This document shows positions 1 to 8,740 of a stretch of DNA of 64,000 bases, one piece after another. The notes beneath the pieces are model-generated. The model worked only from the letters and a program-made list of their open reading frames with translations, was not told the DNA's origin and ran no database searches. Positions within the stretch are counted from its first letter, which is position 1. Each line of letters starts with the position of its first letter. The translations under genes were made by a program, and so were the position numbers. The stretch comes from Deltaproteobacteria bacterium (GTDB taxonomy: Bacteria; Myxococcota_A; Polyangia; Polyangiales; Houyiibacteriaceae): positions 1 to 64,000 of the forward strand of contig JAXMNT010000039.1 in assembly GCA_034670305.1 (NCBI GenBank), read 5' to 3'.

Positions 1-121
1 GTCCGCTGGGCATCGCGCTCCGATTCGCGCCTCGCCGTCGCGAAACACACGGCGTCCACGACGCGGGCAAGGGCACGGGCAAGGGCAACGGCAAGGGAGC
101 AGGTCGCTTTTCAGCGACCTG

Positions 122-574
122 CTAGAAACGAAGCAGCAGCGAGGTGGGGTCGAAGGAGAGGCCGGTGGTTTGTCGGGCGCGGTGACGCCGGACCCGGGCG
201 ATGAGCCACGCGAGCCCCGCCACCGTCAGCGCGGCGCCGAGCACCGTCGCCGTGAAGGTCCCGAGCGTCTGGCGGTTCAGCGAGTCGCAGGGCATCGCCG
301 GCGCGGTGTCGCAGCCCGTCACCGCGAGCAGTCCATAGTTGATCCCGAAACCGGACATCGCGAACGCGCCGGTCAGGAAGATCGCAATCGGCGCCCGTAC
401 ATGCAGCTCGGGCGCGGCTTCGGTCACCTGCGCACGGCCCTGCGCTTCAGCGTCTTGTGCCACCGCATCCTGTGCCTCCGCATCCTGCGCTTCAGCGTCC
501 TGTGCCACCGCAACCTGTGCCATCGTGCTCGAGCTGGTCAGGGCGATGATGGTGAGGGCCGCGGCGAGTCGCAT
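122..574 (-). CDS. Hypothetical secreted/membrane protein with AQDAE repeats
   Basis: Signal-like N-terminus MRLAAALTIIAL, (AQDAE)x4-like repeat, two C-terminal hydrophobic helices, ending in ...LLLRF. TACGCT-N5-ATG upstream supports start 574. Confidence 0.6.
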   Translation of the reverse strand: MRLAAALTIIALTSSSTMAQVAVAQDAEAQDAEAQDAVAQDAEAQGRAQVTEAAPELHVRAPIAIFLTGAFAMSGFGINYGLLAVTGCDTAPAMPCDSLNRQTLGTFTATVLGAALTVAGLAWLIARVRRHRARQTTGLSFDPTSLLLRF

Positions 575-775
575 GCCCAAGCGTAGCGTCCAGGTCGAGC
601 GACCGCGAACGCGACGGTGATCAGGGTCGCGCGCCCTGGGATCCTTCGGGCGACGGAACCTCTGGACCGTCGTTCGGATCGGTGTCGGCTTCGGTGTCGA
701 GGTGCACGCAACCACGGCGATGCAGTCGCGAGAAGGCGACTCGCCCGCTGGACTTGGGCGACGAAGGAGGATGCA

Positions 776-2236
776 GTGACTGGACCCCGTGTGAGCTCCG
801 CGGAGCGACTTGGACTCGTGTTGGACGCGCCGCAGCTGGAGGCAGAGGTGGGCCGGCAGCGTGTCGGCAGCATGGTCAACGATTTGGACCGGGGCGCTGG
901 GAACGTGGAATCCGCCCGCGACCTGCTCGCGGAACTCGAGGATGCCTCCCGCCGAGCGGGCACACGCGGACCGGAACGCGCGCGCTTCGAGGCGTCCGCT
1001 CTGGAACTTCGCGGCGCGATCGACCGACGCACCTCGCGCGACACCATCGCTCGGGCCCCGATGGCACCCACCCGGCGCAGTCGTTCACGCGGCCAGAATC
1101 TGACGGGCGCCCTGCGGCGCATGGAGAGTCGCGGCCCCGGTGCCGCCGTGGCACCCCTCGTGCGAGGTCGCGATGCATTCCAGCAGTTGGCACGCACAGA
1201 CCTGAGTCAGCTCCAGTCGCGGTTGACCGAGGCGGGCTTCGACGGCGCCCAGTCGGAGCAGTTCATGGACGCGTTGAAGACGAACCTCGCGGTCCGCTTC
1301 AACGAACGTCTCACGGACTTCGTCGCAGACGAACTCGAAGGCGCCGCGGACGAAATGGACCAGGCCTCGCTCGGGATGGGCCGGAGGTTCGACGAACTCC
1401 AGGCCACCTTGGAAGGCGTCGGCGGCCAACGGTTTCTGACGGAGCTCCGGGCTGCTGGGCACACGGCGGCGGCCCAGCAACTCTCCCACCTCCTCGACGA
1501 CTACCAGACCCATGCGCTCGATCGCACGGCGTTCCGCGAACTCGCTCGCCCGGTCCTCGCGCGAACCGCCGCCCAGCTTTCCGATGCACTCCGAGCGGGC
1601 GCGCAAGCCGTGCGCGAGAACCACGGCAACGGTCTCACAGGTTCCATTCGGCGCGCCTTCCCCGGAGCGGCGGAGAAGCTTTCGGAGCGGCTCGGCCTCG
1701 ACCCTGAAGCAGCCTCCGGCCACGCCACCCGCTCGGACGTGGCGAGCACACTTTTGAGCGACGCGTTCCGGACCCAGGACCAGGAATACGCCGAAGCCGA
1801 AGCGAGCGGTCAGTTGGCCCTCGTGGCAGCCGGCATCGTCGCGACCGCAGTCTCTGGCGGCGCCTCGTTGCTCGTAACCGTCGGCACGGCATCGGCGCGC
1901 GAGTCCATCACGACAGGTGCAGACTTCGAGGGGTCCCGCACCCGCGGTCTGGCGAGCGTGGCTGGGCTCGAGGATCCGCGGGAGGCCATCGAAGAACAAG
2001 CCCGCGAGGACGCGCAGGTGGCCATGTCTGTGGCCGCCGTCGCGGCAGAGGCCCTCGCATCGGGACCCATGCACAATGGAATGCACGCCCTCGAGCACCT
2101 CGCTGCCCCCAAAGCCATGCTTCCTTCCGTCCTCGCCCGCGCAACCCAGGTTGGAGCACAGGGTGCACGGGTGGCCGAGGCGGGCATCCCGTTCTTGCAC
2201 CACATCGCCGCGCACGCAGTGGATGGCGACCACTGA
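776..2236 (+). CDS. Hypothetical alpha-helical protein with C-terminal hydrophobic Gly/Ala-rich segment
   Basis: Long ORF with GC-type codon usage; RBS GAAGGAGG at 763-770 precedes an in-frame GTG at 776. Confidence 0.6.
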   Translation: MTGPRVSSAERLGLVLDAPQLEAEVGRQRVGSMVNDLDRGAGNVESARDLLAELEDASRRAGTRGPERARFEASALELRGAIDRRTSRDTIARAPMAPTRRSRSRGQNLTGALRRMESRGPGAAVAPLVRGRDAFQQLARTDLSQLQSRLTEAGFDGAQSEQFMDALKTNLAVRFNERLTDFVADELEGAADEMDQASLGMGRRFDELQATLEGVGGQRFLTELRAAGHTAAAQQLSHLLDDYQTHALDRTAFRELARPVLARTAAQLSDALRAGAQAVRENHGNGLTGSIRRAFPGAAEKLSERLGLDPEAASGHATRSDVASTLLSDAFRTQDQEYAEAEASGQLALVAAGIVATAVSGGASLLVTVGTASARESITTGADFEGSRTRGLASVAGLEDPREAIEEQAREDAQVAMSVAAVAAEALASGPMHNGMHALEHLAAPKAMLPSVLARATQVGAQGARVAEAGIPFLHHIAAHAVDGDH

Positions 2237-2474
2237 GAGAACTCGAGGACCCCGCCGAGCCCCGTAGCCAACCCGCTCTCAGGCACTGGAGAGTGTGCGC
2301 ACCATTGGGATGCTGCGGCGACGATGAGTGCGTTTCCTCGAGCCCAGGCGGACCGGTCGGACCCACCACGCACTGAGTGGACGTCTGGTCCACGCGGGCC
2401 GAGCCCCAGCTGCCCAATTCGTTTGGTGGCTGTTGGTGTCGATGGGGACCGGCACGACCGGGTAGGCTTGGCGC

Positions 2475-3959
2475 GTGGGGCGACGCATGGCGGGTTGGGG
2501 CGGTTGGGCGACGTGCATCTGCGTCGCCTGCATCTTCGCGACTGCGACGGCTTCCGGTTGCGGCGGACGCGCGGTCCCCACCGACCATGCATCGACCCGC
2601 CCGGAGACGCGCGCGCCACTCGATCCGCCAACGGAAGCCAGCACTGCGGTTCCCACAGCCAGCACTGCGACTCCCGAAGCCAGGCCGCTCGTGCCGATCC
2701 GGCAACCCGTGGACCCACCGGCGGCACTCGCGACCGGCGCGTCGCCTTCGCATCTGCAGCGGTGGCATCCGATCGAGGACATCGCGCAGTTCGGTTCCCT
2801 GCATCCAATCGATGGCGGACCCCTCGTGGCGCTTGTCGACGACGAGATCCGGTTCGTCTACGCCGATGGGCGGGTCCTCCGGTTCGAGAACCCGTTGCGG
2901 AGCTACGGAGAGGGCATCGGGTTCGAGGGCTCGCTCGTCATCGGCTCGAGCGACGGGGCGCTGGCTCGCTTGCAGGTGTCCCCGCCGGCGATCCTCTGGA
3001 GCGTCGACGATGTTCCGGTGGAGTCGCTGGTGCGCGGACAGACGTCGTTCCTCACCCTCGACGACACCCAAGTGTGTTCGCGCGAACCAGAGACGGGCGA
3101 CGTGCGTTGGTGTGTCCCGGGCGATGGTCTGGCGGTGGCTGGCCACGGGCTCGTGTACGTGGCTGTGGAGCCCGACACGACGGTCGCGATCGACGAAGCC
3201 ACCGGGCAAGAACGTTTCCGAACCGAGGGCACGCCGGTCCTGGCATTCGCGGGTGGGGTCGTGCTCTCGGTTCCGACCGGAGGCCGGGTGCTCGATGAGA
3301 CAGGGGCAGAGATTGTTTCGATGACTCAGTCGCCGGTGGACGGACACGCACTCGCCGACGAAGTCGTTCTGACCGTGAAGGACTCCGGCTTCTCCGGCTT
3401 CCTCCAGTCGTTCGATGCCTCCACGTTCGAGCGGCGTTGGTCGACGCCGGTCTATGCGCACGCGCCTCAGCTGCGGGTCACCCGCGATGCGATCCTCGTG
3501 CACTCGCGGGTCCGGCGGCTCGCGATGGTGTTCGACCGGGAAGGCCGCCGCCTCGAGTTGGACGAACGCATCGACTACGACGGGTACGCCCAGTGGTGGT
3601 CGCCGAGCGCCGACGAGTTGGTGATGCTCTTCGGCAACCACGCGTTCGCACGGCTGGCCCAGGAGCCACGGAGGCGGGTCGTGCGCGTGTCCGGCCGTGT
3701 CCGCGCCAACGGCCGCAACGCCGGGGCGGGCGTCGTCCTCGATGTGGGCGGCCGCATCGCCGAGACCGATCCGCAGGGCCGGTACGCGGTCGAGGTCACC
3801 ACCGCAGCAGAGGAGATACACCTGGCACCCGACATGTTCGGCGAGCTCGGCGCGCGGAGCGTCGACCTCGCGATCCCGACCTCGAACGTCGTGCACCACG
3901 ACGTGAACTACGAAGCCGAGAACGAGACCGACAGGAGCCGACCACGCGTGGTCCAGTAG
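2475..3959 (+). CDS. Lipoprotein, PQQ-like beta-propeller plus carboxypeptidase-regulatory-like C-terminal domain
   Basis: Lipobox-like ATASGC; repeated 'xxTGxxRW/RF' propeller motifs; C-terminal 'VSGRVR...ETDPQGRY'; TAGGCT-N6-GTG. Paralog of 51267-52715. Confidence 0.75.
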   Translation: MGRRMAGWGGWATCICVACIFATATASGCGGRAVPTDHASTRPETRAPLDPPTEASTAVPTASTATPEARPLVPIRQPVDPPAALATGASPSHLQRWHPIEDIAQFGSLHPIDGGPLVALVDDEIRFVYADGRVLRFENPLRSYGEGIGFEGSLVIGSSDGALARLQVSPPAILWSVDDVPVESLVRGQTSFLTLDDTQVCSREPETGDVRWCVPGDGLAVAGHGLVYVAVEPDTTVAIDEATGQERFRTEGTPVLAFAGGVVLSVPTGGRVLDETGAEIVSMTQSPVDGHALADEVVLTVKDSGFSGFLQSFDASTFERRWSTPVYAHAPQLRVTRDAILVHSRVRRLAMVFDREGRRLELDERIDYDGYAQWWSPSADELVMLFGNHAFARLAQEPRRRVVRVSGRVRANGRNAGAGVVLDVGGRIAETDPQGRYAVEVTTAAEEIHLAPDMFGELGARSVDLAIPTSNVVHHDVNYEAENETDRSRPRVVQ

Positions 3960-4029
3960 GAATGCGCCGCTTCTTTCGGCGGGAACCTCTTGGTCGGCTG
4001 GCCGTACACTTCGTCGACCCGTGACCCGC

Positions 4030-4626
4030 ATGCGACCCACGAAGTTCGGAGCGCTCCTCGCCGCGACCCTGTTCGCGATCGTGTTCGCGACCCTGTTCGC
4101 GACCGTCGCCAACGCAGACGTCGTTCGCGCACCGCCGACGTGTCCACCGGGGAGCCGCGGCGTCTCCACCCACGGCGCCGTCCGTTGCGCCGAGTCCCCG
4201 TGCACGGCAGACGAGTCCTGTCCCACCGGCAACCGCTGCGTCCCGTACCGCGTCTGCACCCGGCCCGTGGAGGTGTTCGAAGGAGGCCGCGAGGGGCGCT
4301 TTCACGTTCGGCGCGCCGTGGTGAACAGTTGCCCCCAACGAGAACTCTGCCGCGCCAGCGACACCCCACCCGAGACCACCGGCATGTGGCAAGGAGCGCC
4401 CCGTTGTTCCAACGCCAACTACTGCGTCCCAGCCGCACGCGCACCGAGCTACCCCGCAGAGGTCCCCACCGGCACCGTCGCCCCACGCGATCCGGAAACA
4501 CCCCCACCCACGAGCTCGAACTCGGACGACCCGAGCGGTTGCCACGTGGGATCCCAACCGGGATCCGCCGCCTGGCTCCTCGCCCTCGTCCTAGCCGCCC
4601 GCGTCCGCCGACCCCGTCTCCCATAG
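4030..4626 (+). CDS. Cys-rich secreted protein with MYXO-CTERM sorting signal
   Basis: Signal peptide ending ANA-D; C-terminus SGCHVGSQPGSAAWLLALVLAARVRR fits MYXO-CTERM. Confidence 0.75.
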   Translation: MRPTKFGALLAATLFAIVFATLFATVANADVVRAPPTCPPGSRGVSTHGAVRCAESPCTADESCPTGNRCVPYRVCTRPVEVFEGGREGRFHVRRAVVNSCPQRELCRASDTPPETTGMWQGAPRCSNANYCVPAARAPSYPAEVPTGTVAPRDPETPPPTSSNSDDPSGCHVGSQPGSAAWLLALVLAARVRRPRLP

Positions 4627-4639
4627 ATCTCGCACCGCA

Positions 4640-4943
4640 CCTCGCGCGCCTGCCCACCCCATCGAACCGGTTCGCCGTGCAGGTTTCCGGCGTGGTCCGC
4701 AGAACGGGAGGCAGGCCGCTCGCCGGCGCGATGTTGTGGATGGGCAGCTACGGAGTGCAGACCGACCGGCGCGGCCGCTACACCATCGCACACCATCGCA
4801 GGCACCGTCGGGGACCGGTTGCGCCTCGTCCCGAGACACACCGACCTCAGCGCAGACCCGTTGGACCAACCGGTCAGAGCCGGTCGAACTCCGGCACGAC
4901 TGAGATGGGCCACGTGATCATCGGCGGCATGACAGCGATCTGA
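4640..4943 (+). pseudogene. Frameshifted 3' remnant of a PQQ-propeller lipoprotein paralog
   Basis: RFAVQVSGVVRRTGGRPLAGAMLWMGSYGVQTDRRGRYTI...IIGGMTAI matches the C-terminus of 51267-52715; 10-bp duplication CACCATCGCA at 4781-4800 shifts the frame; no 5' part. Confidence 0.75.
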
Positions 4944-5091
4944 GGAGCTTCGTTCACGCGCGCTTCCGGTGACCTCGAGAGTGAGCTCAATGAGCGAAGG
5001 CGCGACGGACCTCAAGACTCGGGCGCGGGGCTTGGGGCCCCGCGCGATCGAACAGGTGACAGCGTCGGACCAGTGGGGATCCGCTGCGCTG

Positions 5092-5940
5092 TCAGAGCTC
5101 GAAGTCGAGCCACACCGCGGAGTGGTCGCTGGTGCCGTCTTCGCGCCAGGCGTGATGGAACCCGATGCGCTCCATTCGAACGCGAGGGTCGGCCAGCACA
5201 TGGTCGAAACTCCGTTCTTCACCGTTTCGCTTGATCAGGGTCGCTGGGAGCGGACGGTCGGGATGGAGTGCGCGCCAGGCGTGACGGAGCGGTCCGCGGT
5301 GGAGCAGGCCCGCCACCGCGTCCTGCCAGCGTGAGCGTGGGAACGTATCGTTCTCGCGGTGTGCCTTCGTGCGCGCATTCTTGTCGGGCCGCCGCATTGA
5401 GCCTTCCGTCTTGCGTGTGCCGGTCCGACTCCGTCGGAAAGCGAAGCTGTCGGGCGCTTCACCCACTGGCCAGCATTCGGGTTCGTTCAAGTCGCCGCAC
5501 ACCAGAAGCGGTCGTGCAGTTCCCGCCTGCGCGAGCTCGAGCACGGGTTCGATCGTGTCGATCTTCCGCCACCCGTTGGCAGAGCCATTGGGCGCATGCA
5601 CGCCCACCACCTCGAAGGCACCAGGCGCATCGACCCGCACGTGTGGGCACAGATGAGGAAACGGCGCGGCGAGGTCGGGCAGCGTCGTCATCGGCCACCG
5701 ACTCACGAAGAGCAACCCGTAGTGCTTACGCGTCACCGGCTTCTGCACGCTGTAGTGAAGGTGGATCCCCTTGGACAAGGCGCCGCGCAGCGCGTCTTGA
5801 AAGGCATCCGCGCGCTTGACTGGAACCTCCGCGAGCACCCGCACATCCGCCGGCTCGCCAGCGATGCACTTCACCACCCGGTCGAGTCGTGCATGACCGA
5901 TGTTCGGCAGCGCGTTCACGTTCCAGAACATCAACCGCAT
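5092..5940 (-). CDS. Endonuclease/exonuclease/phosphatase (EEP, ExoIII-like) family protein
   Basis: MRLMFWNVN, LAEV, HAPNG, CGDLN, FDHV and SDHSAV motifs; TAGTGT-N6-ATG. Confidence 0.85.
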   Translation of the reverse strand: MRLMFWNVNALPNIGHARLDRVVKCIAGEPADVRVLAEVPVKRADAFQDALRGALSKGIHLHYSVQKPVTRKHYGLLFVSRWPMTTLPDLAAPFPHLCPHVRVDAPGAFEVVGVHAPNGSANGWRKIDTIEPVLELAQAGTARPLLVCGDLNEPECWPVGEAPDSFAFRRSRTGTRKTEGSMRRPDKNARTKAHRENDTFPRSRWQDAVAGLLHRGPLRHAWRALHPDRPLPATLIKRNGEERSFDHVLADPRVRMERIGFHHAWREDGTSDHSAVWLDFEL

Positions 5941-6054
5941 CACGCAACACTATCAGCCACCCCCGACATCCGGAGCCCAACCCCGAACCGCCCGCCGGCG
6001 CCGGCACGGATCTCCTTTCCGGTGGTTGCCTGAACGCCACCGGAAACCCGCACC

Positions 6055-6924
6055 CTACGCCGACGTGGGCGCGGGCGTGCTCAGTGGCTGACTTGGTCGC
6101 AGGGTCTTCTTGTGGAGCCAGTCGACCGCCCTCTGGGCCGTAGACGCGATCGTGAGAAGGGCACGGGGTTCCGCTCGAAGGACGCGCACCCAGTGGTCGA
6201 GGTACGCCGCGTGCTGAAGTCGTCCAGGGATCTGGAACTCGGCACACAAGAACGCGCTGCCGATCTCCGCGACGAGTTCCTCTTTGGCGTAGTTGTCGTC
6301 GGCGAACGCACCACCGAACTTCCGCGCGAGACGCGTGCGGTGACCGGTGGCATGCACGAGTTCGTGGAGCAGGGTGGCGTAGTAGCCCCCGAGGTCTTCG
6401 AATGCTTCGCGTGGAGGAACCTGCACTCGATCCGCTTCGAAATCGTAGAACGCATGCCCTCCTGCTTCACGTACTTCGAGTCCGGTGCCGCGTACCCACT
6501 GGTCCAGTTTGCCGACGGGTCGTTCTGGCGGTGTCGGCATGGCAAGCCCCGCACACTGGTCGATGTTGAACACGACTGCGTACCCGCTCACCCAACGGCT
6601 CGGAGTCTCGTGGGTCTCGTCGACTTGGCGCCAGAACACAACCGGTGTTCCTCGCTCGCCCCTCTTCACATGGCCTCCCAGTTTCAAGGCTTGTCGGAAG
6701 GTGCACCACCACCGTTGGGTGTGGCCTCGAGCGCGCATCGCCAACCACAGTGAGAGGACGTTGATGCCGCGGTAGACCTGTCCGGTGGCGAGGCTGGCCG
6801 GCAGACCAGCATCGGCCGCCCAAGGTGCGATCCAGGGAGGAACGTCCCCCGCCTCCAGTGCCTCGATGAGCCCCTGTGCGACCTCCATCTGTTTCGCGCT
6901 TCGCGCGCTCTTGCGTCTCGGCAT
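6055..6924 (-). CDS. ardC: ArdC family antirestriction protein (ssDNA-binding plus zincin-like domain)
   Basis: PPWIAPW, YRGIN, TFRQA..GGHVKRGERG, VFNIDQ, TLLHELVHATGH, YAKEELVAEIGSAFLC, HAAYLDHW motifs; RBS GGAAGGAGG. Confidence 0.9.
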   Translation of the reverse strand: MPRRKSARSAKQMEVAQGLIEALEAGDVPPWIAPWAADAGLPASLATGQVYRGINVLSLWLAMRARGHTQRWWCTFRQALKLGGHVKRGERGTPVVFWRQVDETHETPSRWVSGYAVVFNIDQCAGLAMPTPPERPVGKLDQWVRGTGLEVREAGGHAFYDFEADRVQVPPREAFEDLGGYYATLLHELVHATGHRTRLARKFGGAFADDNYAKEELVAEIGSAFLCAEFQIPGRLQHAAYLDHWVRVLRAEPRALLTIASTAQRAVDWLHKKTLRPSQPLSTPAPTSA

Positions 6925-7102
6925 CGCGCACCTCCTTCCATCACGTAGAAGGGGTCCCCGAATCACAGTTTGCAAGATCCGGCACATTCCGCTGACCAAG
7001 CGACTGCACGGCCATACGGCCGGCCGACGCTGCGTCGCCGTCCGGGCGCTCCCTCAGAGCCTGGAGGTCTCGCGCTCCCAGGTGCGTTTCGCGCGGCTCA
7101 GC

Positions 7103-7921
7103 TCAGAACTCGATCGTCCAGGGTTCGACTTGGCTGCCTGCGTGGACCTTGCCTTCGATTGTGGTTCGGACGGTTCGGTCGAGGGTGCCGATCCAGTAGC
7201 CGGGGGCGATCTCGTCGGTGGTCACTCCGTCGGCTTCGAAACGCACGGCGATGGGCTCGGCGGCGTAGATCGCGATCTGGCGCGGTGAGGGTTTGCGGAA
7301 GAGCACGGCTTCGAGGTCGATGGCGGTCTTGTCGTCGACCGCTTGTTTGGTGCCGACGACCTCACCCTCGCTCGGGTCGCGCATGTGGCCACCGCTCGCG
7401 GCGGCGAGCTCGATGGACGGAGGCTGCTCGGATTCGATTCGGACCATCGCGCGGACGAGTTCGCACTCTTCGGGATGCGCGTGCAGCCACCCGGCGACGT
7501 GCGCGGCCGCGAAGCCATCGAGCTCGCCGCGCAGCAGTCGGCTGAGCCTTCTCGGGCTCGGACGGATGGCGTCGGCGGGCCAAACGGTCTTGGCGATGCT
7601 CGTGACGTTGCCGTTCGATGCGTGCGGCGATCCGAGCGCACGGAGCACGGCCTCTCCGACACCGCGCACGAGCTCGTCTTCACAATGCTCGAGCGCCGCT
7701 GCAACCGCGGTGCGGACAGCGCTTCTCTCAGCGTTCCGCTCATCGGCGCCATCGAGCGCGTCGAGGACCACCAGCACGAGCACCCAGCCCGCCGGCTCGA
7801 TGAGATCTTCGATCGCTTCTTCGGAGGCATCGTCCTCCGCGTACGCTCGGGCGAACGCATGGGCAGCCTCCACGGCGGCGGCCCACTTCGCCGCCAGTGC
7901 TTCGAGACGGACGTCAGTCAT
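7103..7921 (-). CDS. Putative soluble anti-sigma factor / protease substrate
   Basis: Overlaps the sigma gene stop (ATGACTGA). Central RRLSRLLRGELDGFAAAHVAGWLHAHPEEC resembles a degenerate zf-HC2/ZAS anti-sigma domain; ELAAAS linker then a beta-rich C-terminal domain. Function inferred. Confidence 0.55.
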   Translation of the reverse strand: MTDVRLEALAAKWAAAVEAAHAFARAYAEDDASEEAIEDLIEPAGWVLVLVVLDALDGADERNAERSAVRTAVAAALEHCEDELVRGVGEAVLRALGSPHASNGNVTSIAKTVWPADAIRPSPRRLSRLLRGELDGFAAAHVAGWLHAHPEECELVRAMVRIESEQPPSIELAAASGGHMRDPSEGEVVGTKQAVDDKTAIDLEAVLFRKPSPRQIAIYAAEPIAVRFEADGVTTDEIAPGYWIGTLDRTVRTTIEGKVHAGSQVEPWTIEF

Positions 7922-8705
7922 GGCTGGCCTCATCGCGGTCCAGCCGGGAAACGGACGTCGGTTCCTCGGCATACTGAACAGACGTGCGGTCCTTGGTTCG
8001 ACTGACACCGTGGTCCGCGCGCCGTCCTGAGACCAGAAGTGCCGAGGTTTCTTCGACAAATCGCTTCGTGGCCGCCGAGATCCCCGCTTCGAGCAGCCAC
8101 CCCTCCAGGGTTGGCAGGAGCACCTGATCTCGGCCCCGCTCGATCCACTTGTACAGCGTTCCCTCCGAGGGTGGGTTCTGCAGCTGCTCGAGGATCTGCG
8201 GCGCGGTCAGATTGCGCACCTTGCGGAGGATGGCGACCTCGGCCTGTTGGCGCATCTTCGCGCGGTGGGCCGGCCGTTTGGCCGCGGTCTCCACGAACTC
8301 GTCGACGCGATCGAGCAGTGCATCGAGTAGGTGCTCGAGCTCGGCTTCGGTCTGTTCGTCGGGACCCTCGTTCGCTGGGGCAGCGATGAGGTCCAGCGGG
8401 TCCAACGTGTCCGTGCCGGTCGAGCGCTTCCCACCGAGCGGGCTCCGTTTGCGTTTGCGGATGAGATCGATTCGGCTCCGCTCGTACACCTTGCCGACCC
8501 AGCCCTCGGCCTCCCCGACGGTGGTTCCGAGAAACGTCGGGGCGGCGCGGACGCACTTGACGGTGGTCATCTGACGGACCTCGTCGTGTTCCCGGCGCCC
8601 ACGAAAGCGTCGGTCGAGCCACGCGTAGATCGCGCGGACGGCGTCGTCGACGGAGCGCGGCTGCCGCTCCCGTCTGAGCACGTCCAAGGCGTCCAAGAGA
8701 GTCAC
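7914..8705 (-). CDS. ECF-like sigma-70 family RNA polymerase sigma factor
   Basis: Region 2-like HDEVRQ...EAEGWVGKVYERSRIDLIRKRKR; region 4-like LTAPQILEQL..PSEGTLYKWIERGR. GTG start at 8705 (TACCCT-N6-GTG), or ATG 8744 overlapping the upstream stop. Confidence 0.7.
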   Translation of the reverse strand: MTLLDALDVLRRERQPRSVDDAVRAIYAWLDRRFRGRREHDEVRQMTTVKCVRAAPTFLGTTVGEAEGWVGKVYERSRIDLIRKRKRSPLGGKRSTGTDTLDPLDLIAAPANEGPDEQTEAELEHLLDALLDRVDEFVETAAKRPAHRAKMRQQAEVAILRKVRNLTAPQILEQLQNPPSEGTLYKWIERGRDQVLLPTLEGWLLEAGISAATKRFVEETSALLVSGRRADHGVSRTKDRTSVQYAEEPTSVSRLDRDEASHD

Positions 8706-8740
8706 GCGCAGAGGGTACGCCAACCTCGCCGCGACCAACA

